Below, in pieces: positions 14,192 through 29,054 of a stretch of 64,000 bases of DNA; the first letter of the stretch is position 1; each line of letters opens with the position of its first letter. Under the pieces are notes generated by a model. That model worked only from the letters and a program-made list of their open reading frames with translations. It searched no databases and had not been told where the DNA came from. This DNA comes from Eledone cirrhosa (Eukaryota), in contig OZ024743.1 in assembly GCA_964016885.1 (NCBI GenBank), positions 40,362,001 through 40,426,000 of the forward strand. The letters are read 5' to 3'. Both the position numbers and the translations under genes were made by a program.

Positions 14192-15099
14192 TACTTTTTT
14201 GTTACTTTTTGTCCCTTCTTTGTTATATTGTACACCATCTTGTCATAAGAAAAGTAAGAATTAACTGTGCCATGATATTCCCCAGATAAGTTTAAGGTTG
14301 AGTATGACGAGAGTACGGCACATGGACACTTTACGTGTCTTGAAAATCTCTTTCATTTGTTTAAATGAATTTTGATTGAACAAATTCACAACAATCCACT
14401 CCAATAATGAATCTGCAACAGACTTTATAATGTTAATCAGTCACTTTCGGTCATACATTGTCTACACACACATAAACTTACACAATTTTGGATGCATGTT
14501 TTTTTTTTTTTTTTTGTATTTGTTTCCCCCCATTTTGTTTTACCTCTCACAATAGAAATATTATATAAGATATAAAGTAAGTCCAGCAATAACAACGGTA
14601 GAAGAAAATGGAAAATAACTTCAGAAGAAATATCACATGAGAGAAGTGAATGAAATAAAGTCTGAAACTTGTTCAGAATATATCTGAGAAGGTGAATAAT
14701 ATGTTTTCCAAAGTCCATAGTTAGTTTTCATACTGCCAATAGCGTTGTACACTGTTTAACAGGATATTGAGGGGAAACACATTAACTATCTGAGATTTCA
14801 TTTATTTCATCACAGAACGCCACCTATGGTTCAACTGTGTGAGTCTACTGTTGCTAGTGGAAGGGTTAATAGAAGTCTTTCATTTAATATCCTTCATTTA
14901 TATCTACTCATTCTTCCCTTACACCACACCACTACCACACCGCCACAATTCACAATTCTATATTCTCTTTCTATTTATTTTTATTTTACTCTATGTTAAC
15001 GTAGCTATCGTTCATTTTGTTTTATCTTGTTACTTTTTGTGTGATTTTTAGGTGTTTCCTGTCATTTTTTCTATTATTACTGTTGTTTTTTTGTTCTTC

Positions 15100-16080
<981 letters not shown>

Positions 16081-17499
16081 ACCTCCTCTGTATATAATAC
16101 ATATACACTAACGTATATTCATTTATATATTTTATATGTGCTATATATATAAATATATATGTATATATGGGAGAATAAAGGGCGAGAACGAACTAATAAA
16201 TGGTTGTGGCGGTGCCGATGAAACTGTAGTAACAGAGCAATACTGTTAATATCATGGTTTATCTATTGAACATCGATGAATGAAAAACAAACTATGACTG
16301 TTTATACGGAAAGAAAAGAAATATATAGGCTCATTCATACGATTAATTATTCTGCAAGTGTAGGGCACACGGTGAACCGGGTGAGGTTAATGCTAGTAAT
16401 AGCCAATTTGTAACGTTATATATTTATGCTGCTTGCAGGTGATAAATAGTCCAATGTGTGGTATATGTAATAGACAAAGGTTTGTGCGAAGTTATGTCTG
16501 GATATTGCAGCGGAAGATATATAATGAATTATGTAAGCCAGAATTTTTTTTTTTATGTTTATAAAAAAATATAATATTTGTTTAGCTTCTACAGCTTTGA
16601 TATTGTAAAGATTCATATCAATTACAACTGATGGATCCTCCGTCGATTTTGCCGATGAGTACTGAGTTATTTGATCAACTGAAATCCAGCTCGTGTTAAT
16701 GTAATAGTAGTTGCGTATTCCACATACAAGTGTAACAGTAATGTAATCAAATCAGAGATACAATACTTTACAAGTCTGAACATTTAATTAACCATCATTT
16801 AGAGTCAGTACCCTGTGTCAGGGTGATTCTGAGTGGATAATAATTTCGCATCACGATTGTAATTTCCTCCATCGATCAACCATCTTTCCATAAGTGTCTA
16901 TAATATAGCCTCATGCCGACAAACTACTTGCGAGACAAATTCAGTAGAGGGAAACCATCTCAGTTGTTTTTGTAATTCAAAGCTCAGTCTATTTATTTGA
17001 CTTTGAAATTACCGTGTACGTGTCAATGGAACACCCATAGACTTACATGCAATTAACGTGTAAGTGGTTGAGATGTTCATTCACACGAAAATGCTTGTTG
17101 TGCGATGGACATTATTTGATCGCAAAATTTAACGCTCATTGTTGAAACGGACGGAGGATCCATCATCACATCAGCTACATTTAATAGATGTTTTCTACTA
17201 GGAACCGTTTACTCATAATCAATGCACGTGTCTCCCAACGGCAAGTTTTTCTGCTATAATCAAATATGATGAACATTCTTCTATATTACTTCCGTTTATG
17301 CATATGTAATTAAGTATTTGTTATATGGCTCGCAGTGTTTCGTCTATAAATATTACAGTACTTTGTTACCCAAAAAGCATTTGGCTGCAATTATTGTCAT
17401 GGCTGACCTTTACGCAGTCCTGCTTGATGGAAACCTGTCTTCACAAATCATAGGTATCATAGAGACTTAGCAGGCACACTTCACCCGCCAACTCTTAGT

Positions 17500-18525
17500 A
17501 TCCTTCCCGCCTTTGCATTTTTCTCGTTATCATCAGACACGGGAAGATCCGACACTCAAGGGCACACGTGGAACATGTCAATAAACAAGTTACCATTAAG
17601 GAAATGAAAATATATAATTAAAAAAACATCACTAATTAACTACATTGTATGTACATTTTCAATAGCTCTTAAAGTTGCTACACCTTCATCTATGTACCAT
17701 GCTTTCTTAACTTAATATTCAATTTTATGTATATATGGCCGTGCCGTCTATTAAGAACGAGAAATACTCCAGTCCCTATTATATATACACTATCCAAACA
17801 CTCCAAGACTGTTTCTTATTCGTGCACATTACCCATTTGCGATACGTTTTGATAGAACATCTTAGATTGCACAGGGCTACTCGAGACCGCCCATGTGCAT
17901 CTTTGGCCAAAAGAAAAAAAAACCGGCCCAATTGACTGATAATCTGTAGCACTCGCATAAAATGTAAAGAATTATCACATTTTCTGTTTATAGTTTGTCT
18001 TCTCTACCATAAATGAACTATCATTCTGTATAGCATAGTTATACATGTTCCACCAATACAACATTCACCTCTGTCCCTTTTCACCGGGCATATAATAATT
18101 CATTTACCCCGGTTCTTACACTAAAATGTTTACCTCTTAAAATAAATACCCTTCCATGTAGGTCTCTGGAAGGTATTTTTCATTCATGTTTTTTTGAATA
18201 CATAATTCTTCAGAAATTTAATGGGAACATCAGCATCACCTGGTCTAAACATCGGCTGCCTCTATCACGTTGATCTGTAGTGGGCTGCTAACATTCATGA
18301 ATATTCCACCACCGTCTCGCATGAGATAATATAGAGCTAGCGAACAAAATGACTTCCGCAAATGTTTTCCTGCACGCTACAAATGGCATATAAATCACTC
18401 TCTCATTGATCATTAATTTCTGATCGCATAAATTCAAATGAAGCCATAGGGTTGGTGTTACATGGCGTGACTTGTGCATTTAAGCATTGTGCCACCCATC
18501 ACTTTCCAGTTTTGAGGATAGCTAA
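17500..18525 (-). pseudogene. Decayed protein-coding-like sequence of unknown family (possible EVE)
   Basis: Hand translation: NPMASFEFMRSEINDQ...MFRPGDADVPIKFLKNYVFKK/MNEKYLPETYMEGYLF...YWWNMYNYAIQNDSS...FWPKMHMGGLE...KKAWYIDEGVATLRAIENV. Confidence 0.35.
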
Positions 18526-20297
18526 TTCCTTTCAGAGAGGTAGAGAGAAGAATCGATTCATGTACAGAACTACGTTAAAGGCGAAGTTGTCTTCAACCGG
18601 AGTGAACACTGCGAATCATTCTATATGACGCCGTAACGCAGTCGACAACTCGCCACCGTACATCCCACTAATCTGACTGATAAATAAAATAATGCGTTTG
18701 TTAAATACAGTCAAAGTTGCACATTCTTCCTACGAAAACGTCTTTGATCATATGTCGGCTCGATTAAGCCTTGGCTAAATCTTAGCGACGAGTATAAAAA
18801 AATGTTGCCTTTTGCATGTTATGACATAACAGGCAAAATATCAAAGTTGATAGTAACCTTCAGGCTTCGTGTTTACAAGAATGTTCTGTGTCACTCTAAC
18901 CTATATCGCAATAATTTTATCGAATGTTTTCATCCAATTCAATTTCTTTTCCTCCTTTGTACCTCTCTAATTTATAATTCATTTGAATTGTTTATAATTG
19001 AAATAAATACGCAGAGAGAGTTAATAAGACGACAGTAATAAATCGCCTCGACTTTCCAAATAATGTGGTGAAAGGGAAGTAATCTTATAATTGTGATGTA
19101 TGAGTCACAGGCTAAGTTGAAAGCGTATTCGTTTATTATTATTCTGCTTTCGTCATTAGACTGCAGCCATGATAGAGAAAGGTTTGAATTCCGTTCTTGC
19201 TCTTATTGAACCCCAGTACTTAATCTTGTTTTTTTAAAGTCTGGCAATTATTTTAACTAACTCTTATCTGCCGGTCACAGCACTTGCCAAGAAGGATATT
19301 GGATCTGAACTCAGAGCTGGATCATTTACAGCAAAACATCCTGTAAAAACTCTGTGTATGCACCAGCCTCGTGGATTAGAATGTTATTGATCGACCCTTA
19401 AAGGAGGATTGACCCTTCAATATTTTATTGATCGACCCATCAAGAAATCAAAATTGACCTTGGTGGGATTTAATCTCAATTCACAGAAAGCCAGCAAACA
19501 TTTTGAGGCTTTTAATCTGACGTTCTAACAACTCTGCCAATCACTAAATTTTGAACGTAGATTATAGGCAAGGAAAATAAATTGCCACCTTCAGTCGTGA
19601 TTGGCGATGGATTTTGCACATATGACTGATTGATAGGGTTTCTTACTCCGGGGTCTAAGCATTGACATGATATTTGTGAAAGACTAGTACTCGCCCTAAC
19701 TCGGAAGTTTCCCCTCTCGAAGAAATAATGTTCTCCACGGGTAAAGCAAAGGCCAATACAATTTGGTACCAGTATAATTCCAACTAAAATTCTATAGCTG
19801 AGTGGGATGAAGCAATGGGAGTTAAAATAATTTTCTCAAGTACAGAACGTGCTATCCGGTCCGGGAATTGAATGATCGTGAGCACATCCCGCAAATCCCT
19901 AAGCCTCCACTATCAAATCTAGAATATAAATAGCAGAATACATTTTCTTCGCTGCCTTACCAAATCTGCCAGTCCATATTTATTGGTCAATATTTCCAGC
20001 GTAGAATAATTATTTGAGTTGTACATGTACTCTACTGAGATTATCATGAGTCACAAAGCAATTAGTCAGCTTTTGTGAATAAGTCTACTATTATTGATAA
20101 TGTAAGATGTAGCTGAATTTCGTTCCCTCTTGAAGTGTGATTATAATTCCTTGTTTATGAATTGCACACACGAATTCTTTGAAGTGGTCTAGGAGTTTAT
20201 ATTAGAATATAGCATCTCCCCCCTCCTACTCCCCCCATCTCGCTGTCCCTCCCCATGTATTTATAGGCACGCACACACACACACATACATATATATA

Positions 20298-20354
<57 letters not shown>

Positions 20355-20384
20355 TTATTTGTTATGTAATAAACAACATGGTGG

Positions 20385-22068
20385 ATGTTCCACGGATACT
20401 AGTGCTCAGCTGACAGGGGGGAGTGAGCGCCTGGGGATATTCCAGTTTCCAAGCGCTATCCCTCGGTCTTTTTCTGACCCAGGACTGCAGCTCCGTCAGG
20501 TAGACGAGCTGTGGGAAATCGCGCCTGGCGAACGGCGATCACACGTGTTCACCATTAAGGAAGCACCAGAGATATCGCAGCCTCAGCGCATGTTTGCGCA
20601 TCATCAGCGATGGCATGCCCAGTCCTCCACGCAACGGGTGTTGACAGCAGATGGATCGTCTGACTATGGGAGCGCGTCCCTTCCACAAAAAGCGGAAGAG
20701 GAGGCATTCCATTTTGGTGAGAGTTGGGCTGGAGCAAGGCACGACGGTGAGGCGGTAGCAGATGACGGATGCGATGTACGCATTCGCCACCTCCGCCCGG
20801 CCTTTCCGGGACAGCTTCCTCTCGGCCCATTTCTGGGTGAGGGAGGCCACCCTATTCGTCACCTCGTTCCAGTTTTTCTCCATCTGGCGGTCCCGTCCGA
20901 ACCAGACCCCGAGCAATTTAACCGGTGCATCCGTTCAACGCCCCACGACGCTGTCGGACGGCATGGACTTGCCCCTCCGGGTGCCGAGCTGCAAGCCCTC
21001 CGACTTTTCCTGGTTTATCTTTGCTTCTGTCACCGCTTCGTATTCCTTGAGTGCGGTGCCGAGCATCTGGACGTGTCTAGTGCTCGACATCACCACAGGG
21101 ACGTCGTCAGGGTAAGCAGACTCGGATTTCCCGCATCCTAGTTCGTGTGGGACGCCCCTCATCGCCCCCAATTTGTGCAGTAACGTCTCGAGAGCCAATA
21201 CGTACAAGAGGGACGAGAGGGGACAACCCCTGCGGACTGAGCGCATGATGGTGAACGGCTGCGACAGGTGACCGTTCACCCTCACAACTGAGCAGATGTC
21301 GCTGTACATGCTGCGATCCAACCCATGAAAACGGGCCCAAAACTGGCTGGCTCGAGGACCGCCGCCAGGTACCGATGGTCGACCCTATCGAATGCTTTGG
21401 ATCGATCCAAGTTGATCAGGGTCCCACTCGTGCCAGCTTCCTTAACCACCCTCTCTATGATGTATCGCATGAGGTGAAGGTTGTCGTGTATGGATCTGTC
21501 CGGAATGGCGCATGTCTGCGCCTCTTCCACCAGACCCTTGACGACAAGCGCCAACCTCGTTGCTAACACCTTGGCCAAAACCTTGAACTCTGCGTTTAGC
21601 AGGGTTATGGGCCTGAAATTATCGATAACATCCCCATTGTTCGGGTCCTTTCTCAGCAGCGCCACTGCTCCCCGGCTCAGAAAACTGGGAATGCCTCCAT
21701 TCTGCTGCCAGTTGCAGTAGAGGTTTGCCAAGAAGTCACCGAATAAGCCTGGCATAAATGCATAAAGCTCGTAGAGCAGACCATCCAAACCTGGCGATTT
21801 ACCGCTTGTGCAGTTAGCCATCGCTTCCCGTAATTCACCGGATGTTATTGGCTTTTCGCAACACTGTGCTGCTGTCGTCGAGTGCCGAGGCAGTCCGTCG
21901 AGGTATGCACTGAAGTCCATGCCCCGATCCGGGCCGCTGCCGCTCCCGAACAGTTCAGCAAAGTGCTGCTGAAAAGCTTCACACATCCGCTCGGGTTCGA
22001 GCATCACGCACCCGTTTTGGTCAGACAAAGACCGAATTGTGGCTTTGTTGCCACGTCGCGCCTCTGCC
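20385..22068 (-). mobile_element. L1/Tx1-clade LINE ORF2 reverse transcriptase fragment (GC-rich, frameshifted)
   Basis: GKSPGLDGL, FRPITLLNAEFKVLAK, KAFDRVDH, VRRGCPLSSLLY, SAYPDD, KLSRKGR, RGGLGMP. Confidence 0.9.
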
Positions 22069-24605
22069 ACCCTAGCTAATTTCTTGGATGTATCTCTTAA
22101 TCTTGACACTGGCCTATATTACCCTTACCATAAAAACAATGATAACCTAAATTATGTTAATTTTAAATCTAACCACCCCACTAATATTAAGAATGCTATA
22201 GTTAGTAATATTGGAAAAAGAATATCCAACCTATCATCTAATAAAAACATATTTGATGCTAACGCCAATTACTATAATAACGCGCTTTCTAAAGCCGGTT
22301 ATCCTGATAAAATCAAATATAGTAAAGAAACAAATTCTAGAAGATCTTACAGTAGAATAATTAATCATGATCATTCCAATAACTTTAATAAAAGACCTAG
22401 ATACAAAAACATAATCTGGTATAATGCTCCTTTCTACATCTCTATTAATAATAATCGTTTCTACTTTAGGCACAAGGCCAGCGATTATCCAGTGCATTAC
22501 TGGTACTTTATTTTATCGACCCCTTCAGGATGAAAGGCAAAGTCAACCTCGGCGGGATTTGAACTCAGATCGTAAAGGGACATAACTATGCTGGAAAGCA
22601 TGGCGTCCGACCCTCTACCGATACTGCCAATCCACATAATATTCCTAAATTATTCTTTAGTGCCTTAAATAAATGCTTCCCTCCCTCACATATCTATTGT
22701 AAAATATTTAACAAACACACTATAACCTTTTCCTATTCGACCTCCTCCAACATCTCCAACATTATCTCTAAACACAACAATAAAATACTAAATACTAAAT
22801 GTCTTCCTTCCAACACTGAATATCATAATAATAGTAATAGTACTCCCGACGTGAATGTTAACTCTAGGCTAATTTTTGCAAACCCAAATACAACGTCAAA
22901 CGCAACTTCGTTAAATGTTCTTAATCCCATTCTAAATCAAGAAACTATTATTCCTATCGTAAATAACTTCTCCAATCCAATTCCTTCTATAGATAACACT
23001 ATGTCACTTGTTAATAACTCTGTTAATTTCTCTAATCGCAATTGTAATTGCCGTGTTAAAAATAAATGTCCTATCAACAAACATTGTCTTGAAAGAAAAT
23101 TAATCTACGAATGTAAAGTTATAACTGACACTAATTCCTTTACGTGTTTTGGCTTCACTTCCACCTCCTTTAAAGCTCGTCTTTATAATCATCATTCGTC
23201 TTGTAAATACCAACTTAAAAGAACCAACACGGCACTCTCTGACCTCATATGGTCCTTGAAAGACAAAAGTATTAACTATAACATCTCTTGGAAGAAGGTT
23301 TGTTCTGCTTCTACATACTTGAATGGTTCTCTATCCAAGACATGTAATCTCTGTTTATGTAAGAAATTTACCATTATATCTAATTTAGATTCTATAATAA
23401 ATAGACGCACTGACTTGTTTTCTCACTGCTTGCATAAATTCCACAGAACATTCCATAAAGTATACAGCTAATATCTAATACTTTACCAATTTAAAATCCT
23501 TTTCTCAAAGGCACATATATATATATACATATATATTTCTTTAATAATATACCCATCTTTCTACCTTATTTCAATGTTATTTATTATACATTATATAAAA
23601 CTAGTTACTCACTCTATATCACTCCTATTTATCACTTCCCTTTCTTTCTTTTTTTCCTTTTTTCTTGTCTTTTCTTCCTAGATACTTCTCAATTCTCATT
23701 ATTACTCACGACAATATATCCTTACCATTTTAAATACTTCATATCACCTTGAAAAATCCTTCGTAAACATAAACATTTTTTTGACGTTAGATTATTCATC
23801 CTCAATTCATTATTTTGTTCTCCCTTTCATTGTCATCTAACTTATACATATTACACTTATTCATCCACTCTTCTACTTCTTTTCACAATATATCCTTAAT
23901 TACATTACTATTGTTATATTTTTTATATTTTTTAATAATACATATCAACAATTTCTTTCCATCGCACATATTATTAAACCCTTAAATACTATTCTTAATA
24001 CATATTAACAATTTCTTTTCATCGCACATATTATTAAACCCTTCAATATACAAACCTCAATTTAACATTATTCTAAAATGTTTCTCTTCGTTAATTTTCA
24101 AATTCTTTTAATTTATATATTATCTTCCAACGGTTTTTTAAGCTCTCTATGTAAAACAATATATTTTTCTCAGTTATAAAAGCTATCTCTCTCTCTCTAT
24201 CACCCATCTATCCTCCTATCTTATCCTTTCTTATTATACTCCTGCCCCTCCACTTTTTACTCTCATCTCCTCCTCTTTTTCATCCTTTCCACCCCACCCC
24301 CCTGAATTTTTTTCCCAATATCATACATTAATCTAAAACTACTTTTCATATGTTGATTTAAAACTGCACTATTCACAAGTGTTTCTTAACCTTCATATCA
24401 TGTCTCCCTATTTTATCTGACGAAAACGCAAATGTCATCGCATGATGATATTTGTTTTTGAAATGCGCATAATAAAATACATGGAACTCTTTTAACCATC
24501 TTTTGATCTTATATATTAATTATACTCCAGTCCCACAAACTGTAGAGTGCTACTTATCCGATATCTGCATTGCTTTTTTGTACTACAATAAAACTCACCT
24601 CCTAA
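22069..24605 (+). mobile_element. 5'-truncated Naiad-like Penelope element (RT thumb, GIY-YIG, 3' UTR, pLTR) with a SINE inserted at ~22450-22636
   Basis: NFLDVSLNL..SNHP..KRISNLSS; CNCRVKNKCP; LIY..CFG; CNLC..CLH; homologous to the 55590-57371 ORF; ends in (TA)n. Confidence 0.85.
24409..24479 (+). ncRNA. Type I hammerhead ribozyme in PLE pLTR
   Basis: tattttat-CTGACGA-long stem II-GAAA-tgcgca-TA-ataaaata; 8 bp stem I; palindromic stem III ATGCGCAT. Confidence 0.85.
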
Positions 24606-25011
24606 ATATATATATACATATATATATATATTTTTTTATAAGCGTTAGCTTTTCCTAGCCCCCATACCGATTAAATAAACGTTACTAAAGACGGATAAAA
24701 AGTCAGAAACTCTTATTTTGGGAGTTCTTACGTGGCAAAAGAGATAGATGCGATATGATGACTGCTTAAGGTACCATAGTAAGACGTATGTATGCCTATT
24801 ACTCATGGATATAATGTGCATGCTTTATATACAACTCTATCATGTATCATGCTATATCCGTGTGCTGCTAATAAATATATATGTATAGTTTACGAAAGTC
24901 ACCGAAGTTTTTCCAGTGACCTGCGGCCATGCCCCATTCACTCAATGAGGCTATGTTAAACTGCATCTCAATGGTCAGAGTGCACACATTATAGTATTTT
25001 CAGTGTGTTCA

Positions 25012-25430
25012 GTGGCGGTGGATTGGCAGTATCGGTAGAGGGTCAGACGCCATGTTTACAGCATAGAGTTACGGCCCTTTATAATCTAAGTTCAAATCCC
25101 ACTCGAGGTTAACTTTGCCTTTCATCCTAACGGGGTCGATAAAATAAAGTACCAGTCATGCACTGGGGTCGATTTTGTCGACTTCAACCCCCCCCCCCAA
25201 CCCCCAAGTGCTGGCCTTGTACCTTTAATAGAAACCAATATTTAAACAATACACATAAAACAAGAAATGTTCTAATCTCACACAAGAGGCATGCCAGTTG
25301 TAGCTAGGAGTAATACTTGTTTCTACTATTGGCACCTGGCCAGCAAAAATCAGTGCATTACTGGTACTTTATTTTATCGACCCCGTAAGGATGAAAGGCA
25401 AAGTTAACCTCGGCGAGATTTGAACTCAGA
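25012..25430. mobile_element. Two tail-to-tail SINE copies (+ 25012-25240, - 25318-25430)
   Basis: A box tggcagtatcgg, B box gttcaaatcc, shared SINE core. Confidence 0.85.
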
Positions 25431-25519
25431 AATAATACTGTTTACGAAAATCACCGAAGTATATATATAAATATATATAAATATATATAAGTATATATAT
25501 AAATTCGTCTCCATATATC

Positions 25520-25539
25520 TACTCTTACTTCCCTTCACT

Positions 25540-25574
<35 letters not shown>

Positions 25575-25675
25575 TTCCCTCTGTCTTTCTTTCTTTCTTT
25601 CTTTCTCTCTCTTTATTTCTTTCTTTATTTCTCGCACTCTCTCCCTCTTTCTCTATCTCCCTCTTTCACACACAC

Positions 25676-25733
<58 letters not shown>

Positions 25734-25963
25734 ACACACACCTTCTCTCTCTCATCCACACATACAAATTACCTCTCTTGCTCTCACACACACACTCTCT
25801 CTCTGTTTCTGTCTCTCAAACACACACTCTCTCTCTGTCTCTCTCTCTCACACACACACTCTCGCTATCTCTCTCTCACACACACGCACTTTCTCTCTCT
25901 CACACACACTCTCTCTATCTATATCCCCCTCACACACACACACTCTCTCTTTCTCTTTCTTTC

Positions 25964-26023
<60 letters not shown>

Positions 26024-26127
26024 TGTATCTCTACCTCTTTCTCTATCGCCCTCTCTCTCTCCTTCTCACGCACACACATTCTCTCTCTCTCTCTCACACA
26101 CTCTATCCCTCTATCACACACACATTC

Positions 26128-26160
<33 letters not shown>

Positions 26161-26957
26161 ATGTCTCTCTGACACCCACACTCTCTCTGTCTCTCACACA
26201 CACACTCTCTATCTATCTCTCTGTCTCTCTCTCACACACACACTCTCTATCTCTCTATCACTCTCTCTCACACACACACTCTCTCTGTTTCTCTCTCACA
26301 AACACACTCTCTCTATCTCTCCATCTCTTTCTCTCACACACACACACTCTCTCTGTCTCTCTCTCTCACACACACACACTCTCTCCATCATTCTGTCTCT
26401 CTCTCGCACACACACACTCTCTCTGTCTCTCTCTCTCACACACACACTCTCTCTGCCTGTCTCTCTCACACACACACACACTCTCTCTCTCTCACACACA
26501 CTATCTCTCTATCTCTCTCTCTCACCCACACATTCTCTCTGACTCTCTCTCTCAAACACTCACTCTCTATCTGTCTCTCTCTCTCACACACACACTCTAT
26601 CTCTATCCCTATCTCTCTCACGCATACTCTCTCTCTATCTCTCTCACACACACCCTCTCTCTATCTCTCTCTCACACACACATACTCTCTCTTTCTTTCT
26701 CTTTCTTTCTTTGTCTCTCTCTCCCTATCATACACACATTCTCTCTCTCACATACACACACACATTATCTCTCTTTCTCACACACACACACTCTCTTTCT
26801 ATCTCTCTCTCACACACACAATCTCTCTATCTCTCTATCGCTCTCTCACAAACACTCTCTTTTTCTCTCTCTCTCTCACACACACGCTCTCTATATATCT
26901 CTCTCTCTTTCTATCTCTCACACACACTCTCTCCGTCCATCTCACTCAGACACACAG

Positions 26958-27009
<52 letters not shown>

Positions 27010-27452
27010 ACACACACTCTCTCTGACTCTCTCTCTCTCACACACACACAGACTCACCCCCACACACATTCTCTCTCACACATACACACACACTATCTCA
27101 CACATACACACACACTCTCTCTCTCTCTCCCATATACACACACACTCTCTCTCTCTCTCACATACACACACACACTCTCTCACACACACACATTCTCTCT
27201 CTCTCACATCCACACACACACTGTCTCTCTCTCACATACAGACACATATTCTCTCTCTCTCACACACACACACTCTCTCTCGCTCACATATAAACAGAGA
27301 CACACGCTCTCTCTCTATCTCTCTCTCACATACACACACACTCTCTCTCACACACAAACATTCTCTCTCTCTCACATACACACACACACTGTCTCTCTCT
27401 CACATACAGACACATATTCTCTCTCTCTCTCACATATAAACAGACACACACG

Positions 27453-27484
<32 letters not shown>

Positions 27485-27600
27485 CACATACACACACATA
27501 CACTCTCTCTCACAGATAAACACACACATTCTCTCACACGCAAACATTCTCACAAACACTCTCTCAGACACACACACACACATACACACTTCTCTTCCAA
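25520..27600. repeat. ~2 kb compound (CT)n/(CA)n microsatellite
   Basis: Directly visible. Confidence 0.95.
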
Positions 27601-28327
27601 ATCCCACGCTTCTTTATATTTATGTAATTGATCAACATATTTGCTTCCACCCCTCGCACTACATTCTTCAACCCCGCCTCCAACTTGTATTCTGTTCTTC
27701 CATGTTTACTTCCTCCCTCCCCCACACATACAGGTACAAAATCAAGCCTACACAGAAACCATCCATTCTCCTCATATCTTTTAAAGAGAACTTTAATCAG
27801 TAAGACTCCATTTCTAACACATTCGTAATGATTCAGTTGGTACTATCATGTAGTAGATAGTGCGTAATGTTGATGGTGTTGGGTGCGGTGTCAATGTTTT
27901 TGTACTTTGGCTGTGTGCGTAGTGCTGTTAAACTAATAGTGATGTTGACTCGGTAATAGAAACGGGATCATTCCCCTTCATATTTCGTACACTTCTTTTA
28001 TTTTATTTTATTTAAATTTTAACTGACGTTGAGATAAATGTTCATTATTTTGTTTTTATTTCAGATAGAAATTGTATAGTTTGCAGATTAAACCTACAAA
28101 TTAAATGTAAAACTAAAGACGTCATTTATGGCAATTTTACGTGAAATATCATGCAAATCAAGTACGAAAACGAAGTCTATATATATATATATATATTTAT
28201 TAAAATAACAGATTAAAGTTTAAGCAAAACATCGCTGCTTTCACCCACGGTTCTTATATATTTAATATATATTAATATATTTATCCTTATCGAGCCCTCT
28301 TTGGATTTTAGTCAAATTTATTATAAT

Positions 28328-28392
<65 letters not shown>

Positions 28393-28397
<5 letters not shown>

Positions 28398-29054
28398 CTT
28401 TGGACTATGGTCACCTCCCGATAAGAACCTCTTTGGACTATCGTCACCTCCCGATATACATCGCGATTCCACATATTATAGAGAAAGCCTTAAGCGACAC
28501 TCCCACCAACTCCATCTCACTCAACAAACATTAGGATATACTTAAGTATTATCCCAATTTAGTATTTGGGGTGCTAAATAATCAGTATTTCGTGGATAAT
28601 TGGTTGTATTATTTTATATGAGACATTATTAAATAAATATCTCATTTCTTCCAGACGGCCGTTTCCTTATAAGATTTCTACAAATTGGGATAAATAATTT
28701 CCAGGTTATGTAGAAACTTGTATATAATCTATAGTTTTATACACAAGCGGGCTCTTATAAACTCATCAGTGGATGCCCAATTAATAACGATATAAGAATT
28801 ATATCGACATTAACAGAATGGTGATGGTCTCCCTCAGCGCTAAGAAGAGACTGGTAGATTAGAATCCAACAGTTCTCCCAAATAAAAAATACACGCTGTC
28901 CCCAAAAGTGTAAAGGGAGATCATCTTAAAATGAAACAATATACGCACTCTTCAATTAAACCTGTTAGGTATTAACCACCTGTATAAGAACTAAATATAT
29001 ATAATATGTGGAATCGCGATGTATATCGGGTAGTGACCATAGTCCAAAGAGGTA
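28393..29054 (-). mobile_element. PLE pLTR-like segment flanked by ~55 bp inverted arms
   Basis: Arms ~28426-28479 and ~29000-29053; interior homologous to 37591-38066 and 38304-38663. Confidence 0.7.
28650..28773 (-). ncRNA. Type I hammerhead with ~95 nt stem II
   Basis: tcca-CTGATGA-gtttataaga...tcttataag-GAAAC-ggcc-GTC-tgga. Confidence 0.75.

Noticed and set aside
16620-17180. Short inverted repeats as another ribozyme element
   Set aside because: Highly diverged and no hammerhead core found; probably an old interspersed repeat
20359-21141. 260 aa plus-strand ORF
   Set aside because: Antisense shadow of the GC-rich Tx1 reverse transcriptase
25778-27607. Long Ser/Leu/His/Thr-rich ORFs
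   Set aside because: Stop-free compound microsatellite
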